Shown here: piece by piece, positions 9,410 to 19,980 of the stretch
Numbering within the stretch: the stretch's first letter is position 1
Layout of the letters: every line of letters begins with the position of its first letter
Source: an uncultured Methanosarcinaceae archaeon
GTDB lineage: Archaea > Halobacteriota > Methanosarcinia > Methanosarcinales > Methanosarcinaceae
Direction of reading: 5' to 3'
DNA: 64,000 nt
NCBI GenBank assembly: GCA_963847185.1
Contig: CAWJYV010000008.1
Span: forward strand, 96,001-160,000
Notes under the pieces: generated by a model
Told to the model about the DNA's origin: nothing
Seen by the model: only the letters and a program-made list of their open reading frames with translations
Database searches by the model: none
Made by a program: the position numbers and the translations under genes

Positions 9410-11437
9410 TCAGCGGTGCCTGACTACGCAATTTGAAAGCCCGACTATCTCTACGATGTCACTGTTATCAGGAGAATGGATAATCATCTGTCCTTTTTTA
9501 AGATAGGGGATTCTCCGCTCGTATTCCTTCGGAACTTTCAGGGATGTGATAGCTGCGTCGTTGTTAAGGTTAAGGATAAGTTTCGTGTTAATCTGTTTCA
9601 AAACAGTATCATCGATATCCTGAGGGTCCTGCGTAATCAAAAAAAGACCCAGTGCTTCTTTTCTGCCCTGGCGGGCTGCATCTGCAAAACGGGAGATAAT
9701 CAGGCGGGCGTGTTCCCCGTTTGCCTTTGAAAGGTAGCGGTGAGCTTCATCCAGCGCAAGAATGATTGGAGTCTCCTTGATTTCATCTTTCCCGGTTGTA
9801 CTGAGCTTGTTGTCCACTATCAGGCTCATAATTGTAAGCACTATAAGGTCTCGGATTCTGGTATCGCTAATAAATTCAGTTGGGAAAACCGAAATCTGCC
9901 CTGGTTTAAAGATTTTTTCCAGAATGTCGGTAATTGGGGCTGCATCCTGATCAAAGACTTTCGAGAAAGAGGAACTTTTCACTCTCCTGACAATCCCGTC
10001 ATAGGAAGACTCGTGAAGTTTCCCGCTATCAACATAATAAGAACGAGTACCTTCGTTGTTGATATGGGTAATGAAATTGAGATAAGTATGGGGCGTACTT
10101 GACTTGAAGAAGTCTCCAAGAAGAACTTCGAGTCCTATGTACTGGAGTTCTGACATTCCAACTGCTGCAATTATCCAGGGATTATTCTTTACAAAAGAGA
10201 AAGGAATAGTAAACTCGGTTTGTACCGCCCTTGACTTATCTCCTGGGTATCTTTGCCCAGCTACCTTTGCTATAAAAGCTTTTGTAGACTGGATGCGGCC
10301 GTAGTTTACTTTTTCAGACTCGAACCTGAATTTATCTTCTTCTGTCAAGGTCTCGTTATCCTCAAAAAGCTGAGAGTATTCGTCCTGAGGATCCATTATT
10401 ACCAGGCAGGGATTTTTCCTGGCTTTATCAGGGGAACTCCGCAGTTTGTACCTGTTATATTCGGCCATGAACTGGCGGAGGATATTTTTGGAAAGGAAGG
10501 TCTTTCCTGTCCCTGTGCTCCCGCAGATAAGCATGTGCCTGAAAATAAGGGGATCGCCCATAGAATAGTCATTTCTGAGGTAATATGCAACTGTTTCTGG
10601 CTCGGAATGAGTTTTTACGAGTTCTCCCCCGACACTCAAATGCCCGAGGAAAACGCCTTCTTCAGGAATATTGAGCCCTGTCTGGACTTCAAGCCTGTCC
10701 GTAACAGGCAGGATAGGAGTGTTCGGGCGGGGAATTCTGTCTGCCATCCTGCGGGTGAGTACTCCATCCGTTTTCTTATATAAAATACAGAGAGGGTCAA
10801 GACAGGCAAGAAACTTGTAGTCTGCTTCGTTTATAGGGCTTGCACGGGCACTGAGCATTCTTCTTGAATGGATTTCCGTTGCATCGTCCACTGCAAACTC
10901 CTGGCGGTACTGGAGTTTTCCTACCCTGGCAAAGAGTTTTTCTTCACTTTCATAGGGTACAACCACATAAGTTCCAAGCCTGATCTCATTCCTTCTGGCA
11001 GACGTAATGTAGCCTGTAATTACAGCTCCGGAGGGAGTTATTTCCAGAGGTTCTATTCCTGTGGTGACAATCCCGAAGGCTTCTGAAGCCGAAGAAACTT
11101 TTGAGATGCCTTCATCATACCCTGTAAAGTCTTCAAACGGAAGCTCTTCTTCAAAATGCTCAAAAACCGGAGACTCCTGTGAGGTTTCCGGAGATAAAGA
11201 AAAAGATTCGTCAGGTGTAAATGTTTCAGCCTGATCAGTACTGCCTCCAAGGGTATTAACGACTCTATCCCTGGACTTATTTCCAGGATCTTCTTCAGGC
11301 TTTTCTTCTAAATTTTTTCCTTCAGGGGCTTTTTTTAAGTTTACATTTTCTCCTGCTCCCGAATTCATTTGAGGAGCCAGATCTTTTTTCTGTCTGTTTG
11401 CTACAAAAGCCAGAATATCGGCATCTTCATATTTCAT
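9410..11437 (-). CDS. herA: HerA-family helicase/ATPase (DUF87) with acidic N-terminal extension
   Basis: Walker A GSTGTGKT, DPQDEY, Walker B LDEAHRY, ARQGRK and ITQDP motifs; overlaps nurA. Confidence 0.8.
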   Translation of the reverse strand: MKYEDADILAFVANRQKKDLAPQMNSGAGENVNLKKAPEGKNLEEKPEEDPGNKSRDRVVNTLGGSTDQAETFTPDESFSLSPETSQESPVFEHFEEELPFEDFTGYDEGISKVSSASEAFGIVTTGIEPLEITPSGAVITGYITSARRNEIRLGTYVVVPYESEEKLFARVGKLQYRQEFAVDDATEIHSRRMLSARASPINEADYKFLACLDPLCILYKKTDGVLTRRMADRIPRPNTPILPVTDRLEVQTGLNIPEEGVFLGHLSVGGELVKTHSEPETVAYYLRNDYSMGDPLIFRHMLICGSTGTGKTFLSKNILRQFMAEYNRYKLRSSPDKARKNPCLVIMDPQDEYSQLFEDNETLTEEDKFRFESEKVNYGRIQSTKAFIAKVAGQRYPGDKSRAVQTEFTIPFSFVKNNPWIIAAVGMSELQYIGLEVLLGDFFKSSTPHTYLNFITHINNEGTRSYYVDSGKLHESSYDGIVRRVKSSSFSKVFDQDAAPITDILEKIFKPGQISVFPTEFISDTRIRDLIVLTIMSLIVDNKLSTTGKDEIKETPIILALDEAHRYLSKANGEHARLIISRFADAARQGRKEALGLFLITQDPQDIDDTVLKQINTKLILNLNNDAAITSLKVPKEYERRIPYLKKGQMIIHSPDNSDIVEIVGLSNCVVRHR

Positions 11438-12776
11438 TGATCTTACTCCACCGGGTGTCATTATAAGTGATATCTGGGTTCATATTTTCAAAGAATTTGT
11501 CTATTTCTTCCCTTTCTACTTTTCTTATTTTTGCGAGATAATCTGCCTTCGTGAGGGTGAGGGGAAAACCATTTAGAGAGAGGTCAAAAAGCACTTTTTT
11601 GGTAATCTGCATGCGCAGGAAATCATCTTTAATAAGCCCGTAAGGAGCTTCTACCTTAAAAATCACATCTTTTGAAGGCACGTAAAGCATGAAAAAACAG
11701 AGAGCATAATCTTCAGGCGAAAACTTGTGCCTGAGCTTTTGCTGGAGCGTATCCCCGGCTGCAAGAGGGGAAGTTCCGTTGAGCATTCTCTCGTAGAACC
11801 TGTTGGGCTGAATGAACCAGTTAGTATAAGTGATATAGGTATTTCTGGAGCCGTTATATTTGCCGTTTTTCCCGTTATTTTTCGAGTTATTTCCCCCATT
11901 TCCCCCATTTCCATTTCCTGATATGCTGTTAACTTTCTCAGGGGAGAGAAGGTTTCGGAAAAACTGGGCATCAAGCATCCAGGGGAGATCAAAAGCTTCT
12001 TTTTTCTTCCGGACGCTGTCCATGATCTGCATATCAGTGGGGTTTTTTACAAACCCGATTAAAGGCTGCTTCTTTTCCAGAAAATGGTCCATTATATCAA
12101 TGTAGTTCTGGAGGATTTTTCGGGCGTTTTCGTTACGCCGAATTTTGACTTCCTCGTCGTTCAGGACCATCCAGTACATGAGCTGTTTAGGATAAATCGG
12201 TCCGTCCATTATGAAAAAACTTTCAGGCTCTATCATGTCTTTCATGAAAAGAATATGCTCGGACTCTGCCATATACATGGCAAAGCTATGCACCATATCA
12301 GGTGCTTTTCGCTTCAGTTCGTCAGGAGCAATCGTAACCAGCTTTGCCCTTCCGAGTTCTTCGTCAAAGTTTTCCCAGCCTGATGTTGCCTGCATGGCTA
12401 TCCTCTGGGAAGAAGAATAAGCAGCACACACTATTGTCCTGTGCCTCTGGACATCAAGATCAGTAGGTGTTGCAGCCAGCCCGCAGTGGCAAAAATCCAC
12501 AAAAAGTCCGCTGTCATATGTCCTTGGATTTGTACTCCCGCTGTCGCAGGCATAAGTTACAGGATAAGGATCTTCTCCCTGAGCCATTAGCTCGGTCCTG
12601 ACAACCCCTCTAAAGAGCCTGTCCACAGCCTTCAGGATGACCTTCCCGTCGATTTTCAATTCCTCAAGGAGACAATAAATATCCGTTGCCGTTTTTGTCT
12701 CCTCAAGCTCAAATGAACGATCAATCCTCTTTGCAAGCTCAGAGATTTTATGCATATGCACAGGCTCAAGAGTCAT
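11427..12776 (-). CDS. nurA: NurA-family nuclease
   Basis: YACDSGS, FIMDGPIYP, IGFVKNP and GFPLTLTKAD..AKI motifs; start moved to MTLEP. Confidence 0.8.
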   Translation of the reverse strand: MTLEPVHMHKISELAKRIDRSFELEETKTATDIYCLLEELKIDGKVILKAVDRLFRGVVRTELMAQGEDPYPVTYACDSGSTNPRTYDSGLFVDFCHCGLAATPTDLDVQRHRTIVCAAYSSSQRIAMQATSGWENFDEELGRAKLVTIAPDELKRKAPDMVHSFAMYMAESEHILFMKDMIEPESFFIMDGPIYPKQLMYWMVLNDEEVKIRRNENARKILQNYIDIMDHFLEKKQPLIGFVKNPTDMQIMDSVRKKKEAFDLPWMLDAQFFRNLLSPEKVNSISGNGNGGNGGNNSKNNGKNGKYNGSRNTYITYTNWFIQPNRFYERMLNGTSPLAAGDTLQQKLRHKFSPEDYALCFFMLYVPSKDVIFKVEAPYGLIKDDFLRMQITKKVLFDLSLNGFPLTLTKADYLAKIRKVEREEIDKFFENMNPDITYNDTRWSKINEI

Positions 12777-12983
12777 GAATAAAAGATACTTTAAACAGTA
12801 ATATATATTTGTTGAGTGAAAAAGAGAAGATGCAGTACTGTTTGAAAGAGATTGATTAGGACTCCTAAACAGATTACTTACGAAGAAGCAACTAAAAAAT
12901 TGTTTAATCAAATTCAGAATACTAGATTACCTTTTAATCCAAGTTACTGGATTTACTTTTACTTATAATCCACATTGCTCGGT

Positions 12984-13355
12984 CTACTTTTGCTTCTTTT
13001 TACTTTTTATCTCGTCTCTTACCTCTGTCAGTTTACCACGAGCGTGATTATATTCATTTTTTAAATTTCCGATATCTTCCGGCACTGTTTTCATCCTTGC
13101 CTCTACCAGTTCTCTCATCTGTTCATTTTCGATCTCATCAGATAACTTACAGCTTAAATCTTCTTTAATTTGTCCTATTTCTTCAATATATTCATTGAAT
13201 TTATCGACTGAGTCTGTCATCTTTAGTTCTCTAGCCACAGCTTCCAGACTCTCTAATTCATCGATTAGAGCATCTGCGTTCCTATCCAAATCGTTCATTT
13301 TCTGTTCTAACTTAATTAATCTAGACATCATATCCTGTTCAGTTAATTCAGACAA
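12984..13355 (-). CDS. Hypothetical coiled-coil protein
   Basis: 123 aa, heptad-rich; GGGG RBS-like sequence upstream of a TTG start. Confidence 0.6.
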   Translation of the reverse strand: MSELTEQDMMSRLIKLEQKMNDLDRNADALIDELESLEAVARELKMTDSVDKFNEYIEEIGQIKEDLSCKLSDEIENEQMRELVEARMKTVPEDIGNLKNEYNHARGKLTEVRDEIKSKKKQK

Positions 13356-13551
13356 CCCCTTTTCCCCCTTAAATTTTCAATTATATGCTCTGTTCTACGT
13401 TCTCCAAGTGAAAATGAATAGTATGTCCGGTTCATTTCTCAGTATAAGGTTAAGGATTTAATTCCCGTGCTCTTCCCAGAAAGAATCACTTATTAGATTG
13501 AGTTCCCGAGTATTATAATTTAAGGAAAATAAAAAATTAAATTGGAGAAAT

Positions 13552-14049
13552 CTATTTCGGAACTCCACCTTTCCAGGAGAATTTATTTTTAGGTTTTCTC
13601 TCAAACTTTTCAAAAAGCTCTGGGGAAAGCCCAGGGTACTTTGCATCTTCAAGCGGGATGCAGAACATCCTTTTTGGCTTTCTGGCTTTGCCACCGAGCC
13701 CTATTACTACATAAAAGGGGATTCTATTGTCCATTGCAAAAGTTCTGTAGCGGCTCAGCTGTTTTGGGGTTGACCACTGGATTTTGCCTTTAAAAAGCTT
13801 TGACCTGAACTTGCATTCTACACAGAAAATTTCATTGGTACGTCTGTGGCGGAATACAAGGTCCGGGCCGCAGTCGGATTCTACGAATCTGGAGTGTTTT
13901 CTTGCCATATCTGTTGTCCACTGCACAACAGAAAAGTTTTTTTCATCGAAGAGGTCTACCACATACCTTTCGAAATCGTCTCCTTTTTGTTCGGACTCGT
14001 TTTCAAAAATTACACCAATAATTTCTCTCAGCTTTCTGAACAGACCCAT
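13552..14049 (-). CDS. Putative PD-(D/E)XK restriction-endonuclease-fold protein
   Basis: GDDFERYV...PDLVF...VECKFRS motif spacing. Confidence 0.65.
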   Translation of the reverse strand: MGLFRKLREIIGVIFENESEQKGDDFERYVVDLFDEKNFSVVQWTTDMARKHSRFVESDCGPDLVFRHRRTNEIFCVECKFRSKLFKGKIQWSTPKQLSRYRTFAMDNRIPFYVVIGLGGKARKPKRMFCIPLEDAKYPGLSPELFEKFERKPKNKFSWKGGVPK

Positions 14050-14362
14050 AGTTACACCACTATTGTTTTTGTGAAAATAGCGGAATATTACAATATATTT
14101 TATAAATGTGATGGTTTGAATGAGGGTTTGAGTGAGGGTTTGAGTGGAGGAAAAGAAGTGAATTGAGTGTTAAAACATGAAAAAAACCTGAAGGAGTTTT
14201 TCATGAATCAAATATGTTCCAGGCTTTTATATAAGTTTCAAGTTCTGATATGAATTTCTAAGAAAAACTTAATCTAAAAAAAGGGCATACTATATTTGGG
14301 AGAAATATAAGACTTAACTAAAATAATCATAGATATTAAAAAAATCACTGGATTCTACGCCT

Positions 14363-15367
14363 ATGGGGAGATGGCCGAAGAATTATCAGGATAAGCTGAT
14401 AACACCTGAAAGGGCAGCTGAGCTTATAGAAGAAGGCTGGAAGAGAGCAGATTTGCATGTACATACAGCCTGCTCCTTTGATGTGCTTCCTGCAAGAGAA
14501 CTGTGTCCTGAGAGCCTTTATAAAAAATCTCTGGATCTTGGCATGGATTTTGTTACATTTACCGACCATAACACAGTGGAAGCTTACGAAATTCTTGGAT
14601 GGGACCATGAAAAACTTGTCCCTGGGGTTGAAATAAGCATCTATGATGCGGAATTTGCAGGACACTCTCTCCATGTCAATGTTTTCGAGCTTGACAGGGA
14701 GGAGTTTTTAGAACTAAGCGAGATTTCCAAAGTAGAACGTGACCTGAAAGATTTTATCAGATACCTCAAACGGCACAAATTGCCTTTCATTTATAATCAT
14801 CCATTCTGGTTCGAATTCCATAAGGAACCGAATCCTTCTGCAGTACCCAGGCTGGCAAAACTCTTCCCTGTACTGGAGTACAACATGAACGAGCTCAGGC
14901 AAAAAAACGAGGCTACAATAGCTCTTGCAAAGAAATTCGGAAAAGGAATTGTGTCAACCAGTGATACACATACAGGGCAGTTAGGAAAGGTTTATACTCT
15001 GGCAAAGGGAGAGAATTTCAGAGAATTTTTCAGAAACATAGAGAAAGGAAAAAGCTACATCGTTTCTGAAGACCTGACAAGGGAGTTCTTGATCGAAGAA
15101 ATGAATATCTGGATAGATCTTATCTTTGAAAAAAGCCCGAAAAATAAGGATATCAAAACTTTTCTGACAGGAGTAAAATCTCTGGACACAATGGTCAGGA
15201 TCTCCAGAAGCGCCCTTTTAAGTTACTCTCCTAAACTCAACAGAACTGCAATGAATCTGCTCTATATGATCTCAAACACAGGGCTTCCGGCTTCAGTCTA
15301 TCTCTATTCGGAAGAAAACCTGGCAAGAGAGATCGAAAAACAAATAGAAATAGAAAAGGACGGATAG
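14363..15367 (+). CDS. PHP-domain metal-dependent phosphoesterase
   Basis: DLHVHT, FTDHN, PGVE, NHPF and SDTH motifs. Confidence 0.85.
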   Translation: MGRWPKNYQDKLITPERAAELIEEGWKRADLHVHTACSFDVLPARELCPESLYKKSLDLGMDFVTFTDHNTVEAYEILGWDHEKLVPGVEISIYDAEFAGHSLHVNVFELDREEFLELSEISKVERDLKDFIRYLKRHKLPFIYNHPFWFEFHKEPNPSAVPRLAKLFPVLEYNMNELRQKNEATIALAKKFGKGIVSTSDTHTGQLGKVYTLAKGENFREFFRNIEKGKSYIVSEDLTREFLIEEMNIWIDLIFEKSPKNKDIKTFLTGVKSLDTMVRISRSALLSYSPKLNRTAMNLLYMISNTGLPASVYLYSEENLAREIEKQIEIEKDG

Positions 15368-15497
15368 AGAGTAAAAAAGATCTAATAGTAAATAAGGGGT
15401 TTATAATTGCTATTTTGCTACTAAGGCCCTGGGCGAAAAGGAAAAGAATAAAGAAATGATTAAAATTTATATTATGAATTAAAATAAATTTGAAGGA

Positions 15498-16217
15498 TTA
15501 AAAGAAATCCAGAATAGCTTCAGGGCTTTCTAGCACAGTAATTCCCTGCAGCCTTTTTACAATCTCGACATTGCGCATATCCACGTCTCTGACAAGGACT
15601 TCCACAGGTCCTCCTTTGATAGCGCCATAAGGACACAGTTCTTTGCAGATTCCGCAGCCTTTGCATTTCAGGAGTTCTATCTGGTCTGTGAAGCCATTTT
15701 TTTCAGTTATTGCTCTATGAGGGCAATTTTCTCTCGGAGGACAGTCTTCACAGTGCTGACACTGTTTTCTGTCAATATTATAAGGCATTTCCGATACTAT
15801 TGAGCCTTCAATATCCACAGGCACGATATAAACCGGGACTTTACCTTTTACGGCCTGGGCAACAGCGTTGGTTACAAGGGAATCAGCAATTCCGTATGCA
15901 ATTTTCGAAACCGTGTTTGAGGTTGCAGGAGTGACGAAGAGGGCATCATACCTGTCAAGAAGAAAGCGTCCTACTTTTGGAGAACTCGAACCCTGCTCAC
16001 TTTCTCTGAAGATTTCTTCAAGGTAATCTCCTCCTGAGATTTTCACAAGCTTCTGCTCAAGTCCATACATACGCAGTACTTCCTCTGCGGCCCTGGAAAT
16101 ATATGTATTTACGGAAATCTCGGGACTTCTCAGCTTAATTTCCTTAAAAATCTGATAACTGCGGTCCAGAAAGTGACCTGCACCTGTAATACCCCAGGCG
16201 ATTCTATGAAAACTCAT
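15498..16217 (-). CDS. dmrX: Dihydromethanopterin reductase (acceptor), flavoprotein with 2x4Fe-4S
   Basis: IAWGITGAGH, PATSNTVSKIAYGIADSL; CQHCEDC and CKGCGICKELCP motifs. Confidence 0.8.
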   Translation of the reverse strand: MSFHRIAWGITGAGHFLDRSYQIFKEIKLRSPEISVNTYISRAAEEVLRMYGLEQKLVKISGGDYLEEIFRESEQGSSSPKVGRFLLDRYDALFVTPATSNTVSKIAYGIADSLVTNAVAQAVKGKVPVYIVPVDIEGSIVSEMPYNIDRKQCQHCEDCPPRENCPHRAITEKNGFTDQIELLKCKGCGICKELCPYGAIKGGPVEVLVRDVDMRNVEIVKRLQGITVLESPEAILDFF

Positions 16218-16356
16218 GAAAAGAGATCATACCAGAAGAGGATAATATAATTTTCTAAAAAATGGCTCATAATAATGAAAAAAAGAGATTATAAGCTTTA
16301 GTAGTACCTTTAGCCGTAAAGCTGACCAGAACTACAGGGAACCACAGGAAAAGAAT

Positions 16357-17004
16357 TCAAAGCCCCAGCACTTCATAAAGCAACTTCATAGCCTTTTTCT
16401 CACGTTCTCCCCCGCATTTGGAAGAAAGAGTTTCATAGTGTCGGATCAATTCAAGATATTTTTTATCTCCTGAGAGCTGGTAACGGGTTGCATGAACAGT
16501 TGCTTCAAGTACCGCATTAAAACCTCTGTTGGGTACAAGAAGGTCTTTTCGTTTCTCTTCATTGAAACCTGCCTCTATTGGAATAAGATCAGCTACAAGG
16601 GCCTGATCCGTATTCTTAAGATTGACACACTCAAAAATAATCCAGGCTTCAGCCTCTCTGAGGACAGGGAAATCGAATCCGCGCACAGACACATAGTCAA
16701 ACTCGGAAGGTTCAAGGTCGGAAAAAGTTGAACGCACAAAAAGCAAGGGATCGTAAGTTATGTTTGCTGCCAGGTATTTTTCTTTAAGGACATTTGCCCA
16801 GGTATGGCTGCCTTTGAAAAGCCGGACAAAAGGCCTCCCACCCTTTACAATTATTCCTATAGGGGCAGCATTGGGGAATTCCAGGCCTGTGCTTACAATT
16901 GTTTCGGAAATCCCTTCATGGATCCCGAATGAAGAAAGACTAATACGGTTCACAGCAGAAGATTCGGTTTCCTGTTCTGTGCATTCAGAGAAAAGATCGG
17001 TCAA
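16357..17004 (-). CDS. DUF447 family protein
   Basis: ETIVST..PNAAPIGI, GSHT and NRGFNAVLEATVHATR motifs. Confidence 0.8.
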   Translation of the reverse strand: MTDLFSECTEQETESSAVNRISLSSFGIHEGISETIVSTGLEFPNAAPIGIIVKGGRPFVRLFKGSHTWANVLKEKYLAANITYDPLLFVRSTFSDLEPSEFDYVSVRGFDFPVLREAEAWIIFECVNLKNTDQALVADLIPIEAGFNEEKRKDLLVPNRGFNAVLEATVHATRYQLSGDKKYLELIRHYETLSSKCGGEREKKAMKLLYEVLGL

Positions 17005-18029
17005 AAGCGCAGCCCTCCCAGAAGGGCAATGAAAAGTCCGGCGATAATAATATCTGCTGTTGAACCGGGGTTGATCCTCTTTTTAAGAAGTTCATGGTCA
17101 AAGTTCTGCACTGCAGGTAGCAGTAATGCAAATTCTTTAGTTAAACTGCCTGAAGGCCCTTCCCAGGCAGTTAGAATCTCAGCTGCCCTGGAAGAAACAT
17201 AATCTGCAGTATCTTTATCAAACTTCGTCTGAATGAAAGTATCCCTGTATCTTGAGAGCAGTTTCAAAAAAGCGTACACAATAGCTTCATTAATACCTGT
17301 GCCTGAACAGTTCAAAACTGGTTTTTCTGCTTCCGAATTTAGAGTCTGCATGAACTCAGTTATGATTTTTGCTCCTTCAAGGCAGCGTCTAAAGCCAGAT
17401 GTCCACTCATTTGCTATCAGGTCATACCCACTGGAGATCTCCATAAGGTTGTAAAGCGTAATTCCCTTATCCCTTATTTCGGCTGTTGATTCCGGGTCCC
17501 CAAGGCTGAATTCGTCCACGCTGTTAACTCTGACTCCTGCCACGTTAAAAGCTCTGTAAAACTCAACAGCATCCTCACAATCCGTTGCCTGAACAAAAGT
17601 GTGGGCACGGGAAGCAAGCTCTTCAAGTTCATCTGGTGAAAGTTTTAAGCAAGCTTTGCCACGGGAATCGAATAATTCTCCTGCAGCCATTGAAAGAGGA
17701 ATCAGAAGTAAAAAAGCTCCAAAGTGAGTATTTCCTCCCTGCTGCCAGGCAGAGCTCTCGCAGACTGCACTTCTGAGGAGTGATCCTATCCCACTTCTGC
17801 TTCTTGCAGCCAGTTCGAGGACAGGATAAACACTTACTGAAGAAGCCACAAAATGCTCAAAATAGGTATCAGGATAATTGTGTTCTCTATCAACATTTCC
17901 TGGCTTGGGAGACGCGGAAACCTCAAGCAACATAGCTAGCTGGGCACAGCGGGCAATCATACTCGACACCTGTGGGCTTTCTGTCCCTCCGGAGATGGGA
18001 CAGGAATGGCCAATATTAATCAGACTCAT
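17001..18029 (-). CDS. CitG-like triphosphoribosyl-dephospho-CoA synthase family protein
   Basis: LEVSASPKPGNV, GNTHFG and INPGSTADI motifs. Confidence 0.85.
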   Translation of the reverse strand: MSLINIGHSCPISGGTESPQVSSMIARCAQLAMLLEVSASPKPGNVDREHNYPDTYFEHFVASSVSVYPVLELAARSRSGIGSLLRSAVCESSAWQQGGNTHFGAFLLLIPLSMAAGELFDSRGKACLKLSPDELEELASRAHTFVQATDCEDAVEFYRAFNVAGVRVNSVDEFSLGDPESTAEIRDKGITLYNLMEISSGYDLIANEWTSGFRRCLEGAKIITEFMQTLNSEAEKPVLNCSGTGINEAIVYAFLKLLSRYRDTFIQTKFDKDTADYVSSRAAEILTAWEGPSGSLTKEFALLLPAVQNFDHELLKKRINPGSTADIIIAGLFIALLGGLRF

Positions 18030-19155
18030 TTACCGGAATCCTGGCATGATCCAGTACATATTTTGCCAGTTGCTCCTTTAATTTCATATACTCTACATCA
18101 GAAAGGCCGATTGTGTTTAGTGTACCATCCCTGATCCAGCAGGGTTTGGTGATTTTACAGCACCAGACAAGGCTTCCGAAACAGGTATCTGCTCCGTATT
18201 CCAGCATAGTCCCTTTTGCAAATTCGAATTTTGTCTTGGCAAACTCTTCAGCCGTGTAACCCAGTTTTTTGAATTTTTCGTGTACAGGGCAGGGTTTGAC
18301 AGGCAGGCAACAGAAGGCCAGAGCTCTGAAATCCCCCTCGCTGCAAACGTGCTTGGGAGCGTTATACCAGCCTATTGATTCCTGATAGGAATTGACACTT
18401 TCCACGAGTTCATTTATCAATTCAGGGTTTTGCATGGCTCCCCTGGCAACAGACACCATATCGGCACCTCGGGAAAACATATCCTTTGCTGCCTCAAAAT
18501 CCGTAATTGAATTGTTACCTATAAGGAAGAGTCTCGTAGCATTCCTGTAATTAAGAATCGCATCAAGATCAGCTCCGAAGCCTTCCAGTACAGCATCAAC
18601 ATGTATGATGTCTGCGCCCGACTTATCTATAAGTCTGGCAAGTTCGATATCATCAATGATATTTGCCCTTACTTTTACTGAAAGCACTACTCCGGTTTCC
18701 TTTATTGCCTTGATCCAGGCAGAAAGCTTTGGAAGGTCATTGAGAAGGGCTTCTCCTATTCCGGCCTCGAGCATCTCCGGCTGCTTGCAGTGAGCATTCA
18801 ATTCAAGGATTGCCCCTTCTTCTTTGATGATTTTCGCTGCTTCAATGAGAGGTTCAAGTGTAGTACTCCTGACATTTACAGCTACAGCACTTCCGGAAGT
18901 TACTCTCCGGATTTCATTTTTTATAAGTTCTATAGGTTCATCTGAAATGAACTCTTTTCTACCCCGGGCTACAAGTTTTGATGCAACATCAATTGAAGCT
19001 TTATCCAGATTGAAAGCTCCAAGAACTACCAGCCCGGCATTGCCTGCATACTGATTTGCAAAGGCGCTATCGGCTATACCTGCCATCGGTGCCAGTGCAA
19101 TAGGGTTTTTAAAACGAACATATCCAATATGCAGATCGAACAGACAATCACTCAT
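18016..19155 (-). CDS. Methanogenesis marker 9 domain protein (Dus-like TIM barrel plus Cys-rich C-terminal domain)
   Basis: LAPMAGI, ELNAHCKQPE; GDFRALAFCC..KPCP and TCFGSLVWCCK..KPC motifs. Confidence 0.8.
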   Translation of the reverse strand: MSDCLFDLHIGYVRFKNPIALAPMAGIADSAFANQYAGNAGLVVLGAFNLDKASIDVASKLVARGRKEFISDEPIELIKNEIRRVTSGSAVAVNVRSTTLEPLIEAAKIIKEEGAILELNAHCKQPEMLEAGIGEALLNDLPKLSAWIKAIKETGVVLSVKVRANIIDDIELARLIDKSGADIIHVDAVLEGFGADLDAILNYRNATRLFLIGNNSITDFEAAKDMFSRGADMVSVARGAMQNPELINELVESVNSYQESIGWYNAPKHVCSEGDFRALAFCCLPVKPCPVHEKFKKLGYTAEEFAKTKFEFAKGTMLEYGADTCFGSLVWCCKITKPCWIRDGTLNTIGLSDVEYMKLKEQLAKYVLDHARIPVNESD

Positions 19156-19494
19156 GTTTTACCTCTTAAAATAAGCCTGGAAACTGACTGAAAAATGATA
19201 TCTATCGTTAGATATTAAAGTAACGATAATCTTCTTTCGGGTAACCTTTGAAGATGGAAGAGCCATCTATATGTTACGGATTACAGCGCATATATATTAA
19301 TATTTGGACACACCTTCAACAGCCAAACTTTAAATAGAGTCTGCGGAATCGTCATACCTGATAAGTGAACTGGTGTAAAAGTAAAAGTATCACTGCACTC
19401 TTGTAGAAATAACCTGTTTCTTAGCTTTTACAGATGACATTTCCCAAAAGAATATATATTACTAAAAATATCTGTGTCCAGTTAATAAGCAAAT

Positions 19495-19857
19495 TGCGAG
19501 AGAGGCTGGACGGCTGACGGGCCTGATGGTCTGAGGAAAGTCTCCCCACCGCTCCGGACACACGAATATCTGTAAAGGATATCGGGCGAGAGCCCGGGCT
19601 CTGGCACAGAAACGATAACCACTCTCTGAAAATGCGATGATGCAAATGCTGAGGTCTCAGGGAAAATGGATGAAACGGCGAATCCTCGTGGGTGCAAGTT
19701 GGAAATTGGGAATAAGATCAGTCCGGAATCTCCCGATTGATTTTGGAAACGCATAGCCGAATGCCGTCACTGCAAGAGTCCTCCAGGAACGTTTCCTTCA
19801 CTGATATGTGAGGAAATTTTTGCAGGAACAGAAGGGAGCTTACATGCCTCACTCGCA
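19495..19857 (+). ncRNA. rnpB: Ribonuclease P RNA
   Basis: Terminal helix TGCGAG/CTCGCA; GAGGAAAGTCTCCC, ACAGAAA, GGATGAAACGG, GGTGCAAG and AACAGAAGGGAGCTTAC conserved boxes; TATA upstream, T-tract downstream. Confidence 0.93.
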
Positions 19858-19980
19858 TTAATATTCCTTTTTGTTATTTTATTATTTTATGAAAACCCAA
19901 TTCAATATCATTTTGATTTGGTTAACGAATCTTATGCACAACTTCGAATACCACGTATACCAAATGAATTCAATATTGCT

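Noticed and set aside
14113-14148. 12-bp tandem repeat GGTTTGA(A/G)TGAG x3
   Set aside because: Short simple repeat with no further structure; similar trivial repeats occur near 7350-7402 and 27257-27285
19421-19754. ORFs 19421-19645 and 19482-19754
   Set aside because: They are antisense to the RNase P RNA gene
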